Shown: positions 26,068-34,647 of the stretch, piece by piece | How the letters are laid out: each line of letters opens with the position of its first letter | Position numbering within the stretch: the first letter of the stretch is position 1 | Assembly (NCBI GenBank): GCA_018829185.1 | Contig: JAHJUI010000019.1 | Coordinates: 5,757 to 69,756, forward strand | Direction: 5' to 3' | From: Nanobdellota archaeon | Lineage (GTDB): Archaea; Nanobdellota; Nanobdellia; SCGC-AAA011-G17; PNOQ01 | Length of the DNA stretch: 64,000 nucleotides | The notes under the pieces: generated by a model | The model's database searches: none | Seen by the model: the letters and a program-made list of their open reading frames with translations, nothing else | Told to the model about the DNA's origin: nothing | Translations under genes and position numbers: made by a program

Positions 26068-26380
26068 ATATTTGAGCGTGAGGTATTCTTTTGATTTTCC
26101 TTACTGCTTCCTTATCTAGAACGCCTTGTTTTATTGCAAGGGCTATTGATTTTTTTCCAATTATGTTTATATTTGTTGCTTCTTGTAGAATTACTGCCAC
26201 TTCTTTTTCTGTTTTCTTTTCTCCTTTATAGAATCTTTCTGTTATTTCGATGCATTGTTTTTTATCTTCAAGGGTTTTTCCGATTAAATCTTTGTCACAA
26301 ATTGCAACTACTGTTCTATCCCCTTTTATATGAAATTTTACATACATTTTATATTTTAGCTTTAACTGTGTGACGTGCAC
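26054..26380 (-). CDS. conserved hypothetical protein
   Basis: ORF track only. Overlaps its neighbours in an operon-like arrangement. Confidence 0.35.
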   Translation of the reverse strand: MHVTQLKLKYKMYVKFHIKGDRTVVAICDKDLIGKTLEDKKQCIEITERFYKGEKKTEKEVAVILQEATNINIIGKKSIALAIKQGVLDKEAVRKIKRIPHAQIYEGN

Positions 26381-26759
26381 CGCAAGCAGTACATTCCATG
26401 ATTAAAATTTTATCTTGTTTCTTTAAGATTGTATCTGGTTTTTTACATTCTTGGCATAATACAAAATCTTGTACATATCGTTCTATTTTTGAGTTAATTA
26501 ATTCAGATGAAACTTTTCTTCCTAAAACTAAACGTGTTCCTTCTAAAACTGCTGGTGTTGCTAACTCTCTTTGAAGGTATTTTATTACTTGTGAGCATTC
26601 CCTTCTTAGGGTTGAGCAGATTTGAGTAAAATTAGTTATTATTGTTTTATTTCCTTCTACATGGCCTTTTACTTTGGGTATTTCAAAACGTTCTCTTGAG
26701 TGTGTCGATTCTGGGAGTTCTGATAATGCTTTCTTTAACAGTTTTTTATAGTCTTCCAT
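26349..26759 (-). CDS. eif2b: translation initiation factor 2 beta subunit (aIF-2beta)
   Basis: C-terminal zinc ribbon YVQDFVLCQECKKPDT...CTACGA (C4) and the N-terminal helical domain. Confidence 0.8.
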   Translation of the reverse strand: MEDYKKLLKKALSELPESTHSRERFEIPKVKGHVEGNKTIITNFTQICSTLRRECSQVIKYLQRELATPAVLEGTRLVLGRKVSSELINSKIERYVQDFVLCQECKKPDTILKKQDKILIMECTACGARHTVKAKI

Positions 26760-26784
26760 AATGATTTGGGAGAAATTGTTGTTT

Positions 26785-27912
26785 TTAAAGGTTTTTAATA
26801 TCTATTTTCTCTTTTATTAAGAACTTATCAATTTGTTTCTTTGCTTTTTCTCTTTTTTCATGATGCTCTTTTAAGAATTTTTTAGTAAACTCAATGCATT
26901 GTTTTTTACAATCTCCACAAAGAATCTTTCCAGATTTACATTTTTTCTCTAAATCTTTTGTTTCTTTTAAAGATAAGAAATGATATTTTTGGATTAAGAA
27001 TATTGGACAAATTTCTGGAACTCCACCCAGTATTTTTTGATCTGCTCCAGATTTTAAACCGCCAGTATAAGCTCTTTTTAGTTTTCTTTCTGCTTCTTCT
27101 GGTGAATCTGTTAAAAATATTGCAGTTTCTGGCTTAGACTTGGACATTTTTCCTTCTGGATCTTTTAAACTCGGCAAGAAATTGAATATTAATTCTCCTG
27201 GTGGAACCATATTGGCTTTTTTTGCTATAAATCTAGACAAAAGAATTTGTGGATGCTGATCAAAACCAACTGGAACTGTAGTTATTCTTGGTCCTCCGAA
27301 TTCTTTTATTTGAGGTAATAAGATGTGTGCTTCTTGAACTGATCCTAAATAAAAAAATGAGCCTGGGGTTGAAAGCTCATTAAAGCCAAAAACCCCTTTT
27401 ACTCTATTAAGTGTTAATTTAGTCGATAAATAAATTGCTAAATTGTAAATGTCAGTATAATCAGAATCTATATGTATAAATGTTTTTTGGGGTTCAAAAC
27501 CAAGCGCAATTAGGCTTGGAATTACATCTTTTAATGCTATTTCTCTTGCTTCAAACAATGAGTTTGATTTTTTTGTTATATAGCTTTCATCATTTGAAAT
27601 TGGAATAAAAACATCTGCCCCTTGTTTTTGTAATTCAATTAATTCTTTGAAAATAACTGCATGCCCTAGATGTAATGGCCCATCCGGATTAACCCCCGAT
27701 ATTATTGCTGGCTTTTTCTTTTGTTTTAAAGCATTTATGAATTCGTCAAACTTATGGTGGGCTATCAGAATATCCTTTTTTATTAAATCAGAATCGTATA
27801 TTAAGGAGCTAACATTAGTCAAAGCATATTCTTTTATTTTTGCTTTGTATTCTTTCTCAAGCTTTTCCTTTATTGCTTGTTTTTCTTTTAGTTCTTTTTT
27901 TGACTCTTTCAT
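26785..27912 (-). CDS. trpS: tryptophanyl-tRNA synthetase (archaeal/eukaryotic type)
   Basis: PLHLGH (HIGH-class motif), KMSKSKPETAIFLTDSPEE (KMSKS) and GGVPEICPIFL...ILCGDCKK, which match my recollection of archaeal TrpRS rather than TyrRS. Lys-rich N-terminal extension. Confidence 0.7.
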   Translation of the reverse strand: MKESKKELKEKQAIKEKLEKEYKAKIKEYALTNVSSLIYDSDLIKKDILIAHHKFDEFINALKQKKKPAIISGVNPDGPLHLGHAVIFKELIELQKQGADVFIPISNDESYITKKSNSLFEAREIALKDVIPSLIALGFEPQKTFIHIDSDYTDIYNLAIYLSTKLTLNRVKGVFGFNELSTPGSFFYLGSVQEAHILLPQIKEFGGPRITTVPVGFDQHPQILLSRFIAKKANMVPPGELIFNFLPSLKDPEGKMSKSKPETAIFLTDSPEEAERKLKRAYTGGLKSGADQKILGGVPEICPIFLIQKYHFLSLKETKDLEKKCKSGKILCGDCKKQCIEFTKKFLKEHHEKREKAKKQIDKFLIKEKIDIKNL

Positions 27913-27938
27913 AGTTTTATTAATGAAAAATGAGGTTT

Positions 27939-28442
27939 TTATATCTTTCTTTTGTTTATTTTTTCCAAAAATTTTTTCTTGTGTTTTTGATAAACTTTCG
28001 CATTTCCCTTAGCTAATTTAGTTCCTTGTTTTTTGATTTTAGCATATTCTTTAGTTATTTTTGGATTATTTTTTAGATATTCGACAAAATCGATTGCCCT
28101 TTTAAACTCTTGACTGTTATGAAATGTTAAATGAATATGGACTCTTCTTGTCTTTTTATGATAAGTATAGTCTTTTTCAAAGAATTTTCTTTGCTTACTT
28201 CCACCACTTGGTTTGAATATGTAATCAAATTTTTCTAATTTTTCTTTGGTTTTTTTAATATCTTTTTTGTTAACAGAAATAAATATATCGATAATTCCTT
28301 TTCCCCCTAAACCTGGAATTGCTGTACTCCCAATATGTTTTATTTTGGCATTTTTTGGTAAGAACTTTTTAAGTTTAGTTTTTTCCCTTGTAAACAATTT
28401 AGGAAACTCTGAAGAATATTTTTTAAAAACATATTTTTCCAT
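27939..28442 (-). CDS. GrpB/UPF0157 family protein (nucleotidyltransferase fold)
   Basis: HIGSTAIPGLGGKGIIDIF is the GrpB signature. Confidence 0.6.
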   Translation of the reverse strand: MEKYVFKKYSSEFPKLFTREKTKLKKFLPKNAKIKHIGSTAIPGLGGKGIIDIFISVNKKDIKKTKEKLEKFDYIFKPSGGSKQRKFFEKDYTYHKKTRRVHIHLTFHNSQEFKRAIDFVEYLKNNPKITKEYAKIKKQGTKLAKGNAKVYQKHKKKFLEKINKRKI

Positions 28443-28490
28443 AATTTATTTATAAAAATTGAAGTTTTAAAGGTTTTCCAAAATGTTTAT

Positions 28491-29582
28491 ATGCCAGAAT
28501 TGGGGGCAAAGCATAAATTTATATACCAACGGGCTTTTAAATATTGTATGCATAGCGATTTAAAATCTAAAAAAAATATAGTTATTAATTATATCCAAAA
28601 AAATCCAAATGCTACTTATCAAGAAATTAAAAAAAATACAAAACTAAAGGTGGAAAGGCTTTTTTCTGAGTGTATGAAAGGTGCCTACAAAGCCGCAGGC
28701 ATTCCTTTTTCTAAATCTCTATCTAAAAGGGGTAAGAATAAAATGATTTATGATGTAATCACTTTTATAAGGAAACATCCTGGTTGTACTGTTACTGAGG
28801 TTCAAAATGCAACTAAGGTTTCTATTCCTAAAGTATTTGGATCTATTACCAATGCTTATAAAAAAGCGGGTGTAGAATATCCAAGATTTAGTAAGTTAGA
28901 AGAAGCTTATAAATTCTTTAGAAAAAGTCCTTTATCTAGTTCTGTTGAAATTCAGAAAAGATTTGGGATAAATATTTACAAACATTCTAAGAATATGGAA
29001 GAATTCTGTAATAAGGCTGGTGTTAAATATATTGGGGGTCATAAAAAACGTTTGATTAAATCAAAAAGAAACGTTGTGGACTATATAAAATCTCATCCAG
29101 ATTCTACTCAATGGGAAATCAATAAAAACTGTAAAACTCATGTGCAAGAAATTTTTAAAGGGGGTATAAAAGAAGCTTATAAAAAAGCTGAAATAAAATA
29201 TCCAGAAAAAGCAAGAAAAAACTATGGTGTTATGAATAAAGAAATCAAAAAGAGAGCTCAAGATTACGAAAACAGAATGATAAATATCCTAAAAATAAAA
29301 TTTAATTTTATCAAAAAACAATTAAGAACAAAGTCTGGTATTGCAGATGCTTTAATAAAAATAAGAGACGTAAACTATGTTGTGGAAATCAAAGATTATA
29401 GGTCAAAACCGATATCAATTTCTCAAATAAATCAATTAAATAGGTACATCAATGAAATAGATAATTGTAATAATGGGCTTTTAATATGCAATTTTAAACC
29501 CAAGAAAGATAAGTTTTATATAGGAAATAATAAGATCTCTATAATTACAGAAAAAGACCTTTTAAAGGGGGGCGTAGTTTAA
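28491..29582 (+). CDS. hypothetical protein with tandem ~60-aa HTH-like repeats and a C-terminal PD-(D/E)xK-like domain
   Basis: At least four repeats ending ...(E/G)AYKKAG(I/V)(K/E)YP, followed by DALIKIRDVNYVVEIKDYRS (D...ExK). Its last 15 nt overlap tRNA 29568-29662. Confidence 0.4.
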   Translation: MPELGAKHKFIYQRAFKYCMHSDLKSKKNIVINYIQKNPNATYQEIKKNTKLKVERLFSECMKGAYKAAGIPFSKSLSKRGKNKMIYDVITFIRKHPGCTVTEVQNATKVSIPKVFGSITNAYKKAGVEYPRFSKLEEAYKFFRKSPLSSSVEIQKRFGINIYKHSKNMEEFCNKAGVKYIGGHKKRLIKSKRNVVDYIKSHPDSTQWEINKNCKTHVQEIFKGGIKEAYKKAEIKYPEKARKNYGVMNKEIKKRAQDYENRMINILKIKFNFIKKQLRTKSGIADALIKIRDVNYVVEIKDYRSKPISISQINQLNRYINEIDNCNNGLLICNFKPKKDKFYIGNNKISIITEKDLLKGGVV

Positions 29583-29662
29583 CTTGGCTAGAGCGGTCGA
29601 TTTTCAAAAGAAAAGCCGAAGCTCCAAACCGACTGATCCAGGTTCAAATCCTGGCGTCCCCG
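29568..29662 (+). tRNA. intron-containing tRNA (95 nt; tentatively Glu-UUC with ~21-nt intron at 37/38)
   Basis: GGGGGCG-TA-GTTT-AACTTGGCTAG-AGC-G-GTCGA-TTTTCA[intron]A-CCGAC-TGAT-CCAGG-TTCAAAT-CCTGG-CGTCCCC-G. Acceptor stem has 7 bp with one G-U pair and the T-arm is canonical. Anticodon-stem and intron placement are my inference. Confidence 0.6.
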
Positions 29663-29663
29663 C

Positions 29664-30344
29664 TTATTTTAACAATTTTAAAGTAGAAGTAGTTGGTTTG
29701 AAGATTTCCCCTTCTTTTAGTAAATCTTCAATGATTAAATTAGCTTTTTCTTCTGGTATTTGGGATTCTAAAATAATTTTTGAAAGTTCTGCACCTTTTT
29801 CTCCATCATCTTTTTCTATTAAATTTAATATTTTTTGACGATCTGTTTCAGAAGTTTCTTCTACTGTCTCTTCTTCAACTAATGGTTGAAGCATTTCGGG
29901 TTGTTTTAATTCTAGAACTGGTGTTTCTAGTTTTTGTCTAACCCCAAATTCTTTTTCTAATTCTAACTTTCTGATTTTTTGCCAGGTTGGGTTTTCTACT
30001 TTATTGACTATCTCTGGAACAATATATATTTCTCCCGAGAATTGTCTTGGTCTGCCAATAACTAAAATTGTATCCCCAATTTGAATATCTTGTAATAATT
30101 TTATATCATCTTTCCAAACTTTTACTCTGATTGAAGCAGAACTGTCATCTAATGTAATTGACATATTTCCTCCTTCTTGATTCTCGTACTTCATAATTGT
30201 TGTTGCAATTATGTTTACTCTTGAGACTTTTTTATCTTTTATTTCAATATAATTTGGAGACCATTCTCCTGGGTCTTTTTTATATGGATTACTTATTAAA
30301 TCTGAAATCCAAACTTTGTATGCTGTTTGTCTTTGAATTGCCAT
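29664..30344 (-). CDS. OB-fold nucleic-acid-binding protein (RPA-like?), co-transcribed with MCM
   Basis: VNIIATTIMKYENQEGGNMSITLDDSSASIRVKVWKDD...ILVIGRPRQFSGEIYI is an OB-fold pattern. The acidic C-terminus and 1-nt spacing to the MCM gene also fit. Confidence 0.35.
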   Translation of the reverse strand: MAIQRQTAYKVWISDLISNPYKKDPGEWSPNYIEIKDKKVSRVNIIATTIMKYENQEGGNMSITLDDSSASIRVKVWKDDIKLLQDIQIGDTILVIGRPRQFSGEIYIVPEIVNKVENPTWQKIRKLELEKEFGVRQKLETPVLELKQPEMLQPLVEEETVEETSETDRQKILNLIEKDDGEKGAELSKIILESQIPEEKANLIIEDLLKEGEIFKPTTSTLKLLK

Positions 30345-30345
30345 T

Positions 30346-32370
30346 TTAGATCCTTTGGATAAAACCTCTTTTTGGTTCGAATATTAATCCTTCTCTTTTC
30401 ATTCTTTCTATTGCTTCTTCTACTTTTTCTTCATCTATTCCACGTTCTGCTGCTTCTGCAGAAATATCTTCTAATGGAATCGATTTCATTCCACGTTTTT
30501 CTAAATCATAAATAATTTCTTTTATTGAAACAATTCTTCCACGTTGTGATGCTGGAAGTCCTGTTGAAATTCTATCAATATCTATCTGTCCTGTTTCTTG
30601 ATCCATTCCGACTTTTATCAAACAATATCTTAATAATTCTATCGCTTTTTTTGCATCTCTTTTTGTAACTTTTTTTGAAAGTCTTAATTTTGCTGAAGAT
30701 TCAGAAAGTCTGATTAATGCTTCTAGCTGTCTTGCAGAAATTGGAATTGGTTTTATATCTTCATCTGATTCTTGTCCAGAGTTTCTTAAACTTACATAAA
30801 AATTTTTTATTTCCTCCATCGCACCTTCTGTTAATTCGGGTTTAATTCTTTGTTTGGCATAAGAAATATATTTTCTAAATAAATCTTGATGAATTTCTGT
30901 AACTAAAGTTTCTGGTTTTTGGTGAATCGACAAAACATGTCTTGCAATTTTTTCATCTATATCTTTATTTGGTATGTCTCTGATTGGGAATATTAAATCG
31001 AATCTGTTAATTAAAGTGGGGGGTAAGTCTATTTGGGAAGCTAAGGGCGTATAAGGATCAAATCTTCCTAATTTTGGGTTTGCTGCTGCTAAAACTGTTG
31101 TTTCTGCTCTTAAAGTTGCTTGAATATTAGCTTTACTAATTGTAATTGTTTGTTGCTCCATTGCTTCATGTAAGGCAGAACGATCTTCAGAAGTCATTTT
31201 ATCAAGCTCGTCAATAACACAAATTCCGTGATTTGCTAAAACTATTGCTCCTGCTTCTAAGGCATATCCTTTTAATACATCATCTTTAACTACTGCTGCA
31301 GTAATTCCTGCTCCAGACGCTCCTTTTCCAGATACAAAACGTCCTTTTGGGGCTGCTTTAGAAATAAATTGTAACATTTGTGATTTTCCAGAACCAGGAT
31401 CTCCCACTAATAAAATATGGATGTCCCCTCTTCTAATTACTTTATCTTCCATTATCTTTCTTGTTCCGCCAACTAACTGTAAAAGAAGTGCTTCTTTAAT
31501 TTTCTCATGACCATAAATAGATGGTGCTATTGAAGCAACCATACGACTGTAAAATTTTGGATCTGCTGCAATTTCTTTTATTTCTTTTTCCTCTTCTTTG
31601 GAAATTTCAATTTCTTCAAAGCTTTCTTGAAGTGGTTTTACATAATTTGCATCCATTGCAATTTCAAATCTGGTTAATGTTGCTCCAGAGTGAGAGGTTT
31701 TCGGGATTTCCTTAATTACTCCCACCACCAGTACCTTGCTTCCGGGGGTTGTTCTTTTTTCTAATCTTGGTTCAACTAAATCTTCTTTTAAGAAAACACT
31801 TAGTCTTTTTGGTTGAGAGCCTCCTTCTAAGTTTTCTGGGGCTTCTTCTATCTTTAAGTGTTGAGCATCTACCAAAACTTTCGAGATTAATCTGAATTTT
31901 CCTTTTCTACCACAACTACACCTACTTGGTTCCTTGAATTGTGAATCTAATTGTAAAACTGATATTGTGTTTCCGCAACTAGGGCATTCAAACTTTGCTG
32001 AAACTACTTGTGGTCTAACATCTGATGCTTGCCTTATAATTCCTTCTATGTATACGAAATTTCCTAAATCCACGCTTCTTATATCTCTTATCTGGAGCTT
32101 TGAAGCTACTGGCAAATTACAAAATCTTGCTTTTAATGAAAGGTCTTTTAGAATATCTATTTGAGTTAAGGCAATTTCTGCATTTTGTATTGATTCTGTT
32201 GGCTCTGAAATTATCTGTTCTGCAAGTTCTATGTCGAATTTAGACAATTCTTGAAAGTCTAAAAGAATTGATCTTTCTCCTTTTTCAATGATATTAGTTA
32301 AATTTTTAGAATAAACTGTTTCTATAAAGTCTTTAAACTGTTCTATCTGATTTTGTATGTCTATTACCAT
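30346..32370 (-). CDS. mcm: MCM replicative helicase
   Basis: Zn finger CPSCGN...CSCG, Walker A GDPGSGKSQ, Walker B CVIDELDKM, sensor and arginine finger ISARQLEALIRLSE, and a C-terminal winged helix. Confidence 0.9.
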   Translation of the reverse strand: MVIDIQNQIEQFKDFIETVYSKNLTNIIEKGERSILLDFQELSKFDIELAEQIISEPTESIQNAEIALTQIDILKDLSLKARFCNLPVASKLQIRDIRSVDLGNFVYIEGIIRQASDVRPQVVSAKFECPSCGNTISVLQLDSQFKEPSRCSCGRKGKFRLISKVLVDAQHLKIEEAPENLEGGSQPKRLSVFLKEDLVEPRLEKRTTPGSKVLVVGVIKEIPKTSHSGATLTRFEIAMDANYVKPLQESFEEIEISKEEEKEIKEIAADPKFYSRMVASIAPSIYGHEKIKEALLLQLVGGTRKIMEDKVIRRGDIHILLVGDPGSGKSQMLQFISKAAPKGRFVSGKGASGAGITAAVVKDDVLKGYALEAGAIVLANHGICVIDELDKMTSEDRSALHEAMEQQTITISKANIQATLRAETTVLAAANPKLGRFDPYTPLASQIDLPPTLINRFDLIFPIRDIPNKDIDEKIARHVLSIHQKPETLVTEIHQDLFRKYISYAKQRIKPELTEGAMEEIKNFYVSLRNSGQESDEDIKPIPISARQLEALIRLSESSAKLRLSKKVTKRDAKKAIELLRYCLIKVGMDQETGQIDIDRISTGLPASQRGRIVSIKEIIYDLEKRGMKSIPLEDISAEAAERGIDEEKVEEAIERMKREGLIFEPKRGFIQRI

Positions 32371-32973
32371 GGCCCCAAATTGGGATAACTAGTTCGTTTT
32401 TATAGTTTTATGCAGTTAAGATGATACTTTCATCAATACAAAAATAAGAATTAGTATCAAAATTATGGCTAAAATTAAGACATCGTGTTTGCTTATTATT
32501 CTTGATTTTTGGGATTTAACCACTTTCTTTTTAGTTTTTCTTGGCATGATTTTATTAAGGACTGCTTGTTTTTAAATGTAACTTTTTTGAGAAATTTGAT
32601 AAAAACCGAAAGGTTTATATATAGATGTTACTACTTTTAGGTTACAATGAATCGAAAAAGAACTTGCGGCAAAAAAAGTAGTACGCTTGATAAAATTATT
32701 AATACTGCTAATATAGCTCTAGCTTTAGACGCTATTATTGTTCCGTTCTTAACTGGAAAAACCATTCATGAACATTTGGGGGGCTTCCGCCAGCAAGCGA
32801 TTATAAAGTATTGGGCGAAAGAACAGCCCTAATGGCTGAACAAGCATTATTGGGAATCTCGATGTTGTACATACTTGGAAAATCATTGTATAACAAACGT
32901 TATAAGACCTAATTTTCTCTTGAGAAGTAGCAACTGCCTTTATAAATAGTTTTAAATACCTTTTGGTCCCTCC

Positions 32974-32983
32974 TTTATAAATA
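32974..32983 (+). promoter_or_regulatory. candidate TATA box (tttataaata) 26-35 nt upstream of the TBP start
   Basis: A/T octamer at canonical archaeal spacing, identical to the element at 5343-5352. Confidence 0.4.
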
Positions 32984-33008
32984 AATTATATTCAAGGGGG
33001 TAATTATA

Positions 33009-33551
33009 ATGGCTAAAAAACTAGTTAAAATTGTTAATATTGTTTGTTCCACAAACTTAGAACATGATATACATTTAATCAAATTAGCAGAGACTTTGCC
33101 AAATACGGAGTATAATCCGGAACAATTTCCGGGGTTAGTAATGAGGATAAGAGAACCTAAAACTTCGGCTTTGATTTTTAGTTCTGGAAATGTTGTTTGT
33201 ACCGGTGCCAGATCAATGGCAAAAGTTAAAGAAAGTATAAAACAAATTGTTAAAAATGTTGAAAAAATTGGTATTAAGATTAAAGTTAAACCAAAAATCA
33301 AAGTTCAAAATATGGTTGCTTCGGGAGCAATTGATATGGATTTAAATTTGAATGTTTTAGCAATGAAATTAGAGAATGCGGAATATGAACCTGAACAATT
33401 CCCTGGATTAGTTTACAAATTGCCAGGAACAAGAGCTACATTTTTACTTTTTAGTAACGGAAAAATAGTTTGTACAGGTACTAGATCTGAAGTTAAATTA
33501 AACGAAGCAGTTAGAAAATTGGTCATAAACTTAAAAAAAGTTAAAAAGTAA
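33009..33551 (+). CDS. tbp: TATA-box binding protein
   Basis: Two direct repeats IVNIVCS...EQFPGLV and QNMVASGAIDMDLNL...EQFPGLVY, at 180 aa. Confidence 0.9.
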   Translation: MAKKLVKIVNIVCSTNLEHDIHLIKLAETLPNTEYNPEQFPGLVMRIREPKTSALIFSSGNVVCTGARSMAKVKESIKQIVKNVEKIGIKIKVKPKIKVQNMVASGAIDMDLNLNVLAMKLENAEYEPEQFPGLVYKLPGTRATFLLFSNGKIVCTGTRSEVKLNEAVRKLVINLKKVKK

Positions 33552-33582
33552 GTTTTTTAAATTCTTTTTTATTCCCCTTTTT

Positions 33583-34647
33583 ATGAAAAAGAGGTTAGTA
33601 AGGGGGGTTTTATCTTTATCTTTAATAGCTAGACTGCTTTTTGGGGGGATAGCCAGCGCTGATCCTGCTGAAGGTTGGGCCTATTGTCATCCTGAACATT
33701 CTGATGTTGGAAACTATGGTGTGTTAGTTGAAGGTGAAGGATTTATTGCTAAAAGAGTTCATGATAGAGATACTAAAGAATGGGCTTGGCACATAGAAAC
33801 AAAAGAAGGAGAAGTTATTGGTGATGATGAAAATGAATTAAGAACTTATGCTACAGCTGCAATGACTGCCCAAGTAGCTTATTTGGTTGATACTCATGGC
33901 GTTAATGAACTTGGACAAGGTCTTAGTGATGTTTTAAGAGAAAAAGCAGATACTTTTTATACTTTAGTTGAATTAAACGAAAGATTAGATGATTTACAAT
34001 TTCTTTTTGAATGGGGTAGTAGGTTGGAAGGTCTTTTAGTTGGAGCAAAAATTGTAGAAGTTAATCCTAATTATTCTGAACTTGAAACTCAAATAATTAA
34101 TCGAGTCAATTCTAGTTTCTTTGGAGAGTTTAGAGAATTTTGTATGGCTGATTCCTTGGATCAAGAACTTACTGCGCATGAATTATCTGATTATTTTGAA
34201 GATAAACTTGAAAGTTTTGCAGAAAAGAAAGTTGAAGAAAGTGCTGTAAATCTTAGAAGGGCTGCAAGTATTCTCGAAAGGGATCGAAAGCTATGGAAAA
34301 GTGAAGAGGCTTACAATTTTATAAGAGATTATACGGGTGGACATGTTTATGGACTCGCTTCTCTTAATTTTTTAAAGGGAATTAATGAACATAGAAGTGA
34401 TTGGAGAACTCTTTTAACCTCTTTTTTAGAAAATTTTATTGAAGGTGGAACGGGTATTAATCCCAGGGAATTAATTAGAGATTCTAGTTTCTCAGAATTA
34501 ATTTTTAGCTTGGAACCAAATACATTTGGGAATTTAGAAAGAGAAGTTTTTAATCAAACTAATATTTATAGGGAAATTACTAAGAGATATGATCCTAAGG
34601 AACCAGAAGGTCAAGCTACTTTTTATTTAAGAGAATTAAATCCTTAA
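33583..34647 (+). CDS. secreted hypothetical protein
   Basis: Signal peptide MKKRLVRGVLSLSLIARLLFGGIASA. No motif recognised. Confidence 0.4.
   Translation: MKKRLVRGVLSLSLIARLLFGGIASADPAEGWAYCHPEHSDVGNYGVLVEGEGFIAKRVHDRDTKEWAWHIETKEGEVIGDDENELRTYATAAMTAQVAYLVDTHGVNELGQGLSDVLREKADTFYTLVELNERLDDLQFLFEWGSRLEGLLVGAKIVEVNPNYSELETQIINRVNSSFFGEFREFCMADSLDQELTAHELSDYFEDKLESFAEKKVEESAVNLRRAASILERDRKLWKSEEAYNFIRDYTGGHVYGLASLNFLKGINEHRSDWRTLLTSFLENFIEGGTGINPRELIRDSSFSELIFSLEPNTFGNLEREVFNQTNIYREITKRYDPKEPEGQATFYLRELNP

Noticed and set aside
32647-32832. 61-aa ORF with slightly GC-richer codons upstream of the TBP gene
   Set aside because: Short, no motif, and it lies in the MCM-TBP intergenic/promoter region. 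Insufficient evidence for a gene, though its composition is mildly unusual.
32975-33301. 108-aa minus-strand ORF
   Set aside because: It is antisense to the TBP gene, which has unmistakable repeats, so it is an artefact.
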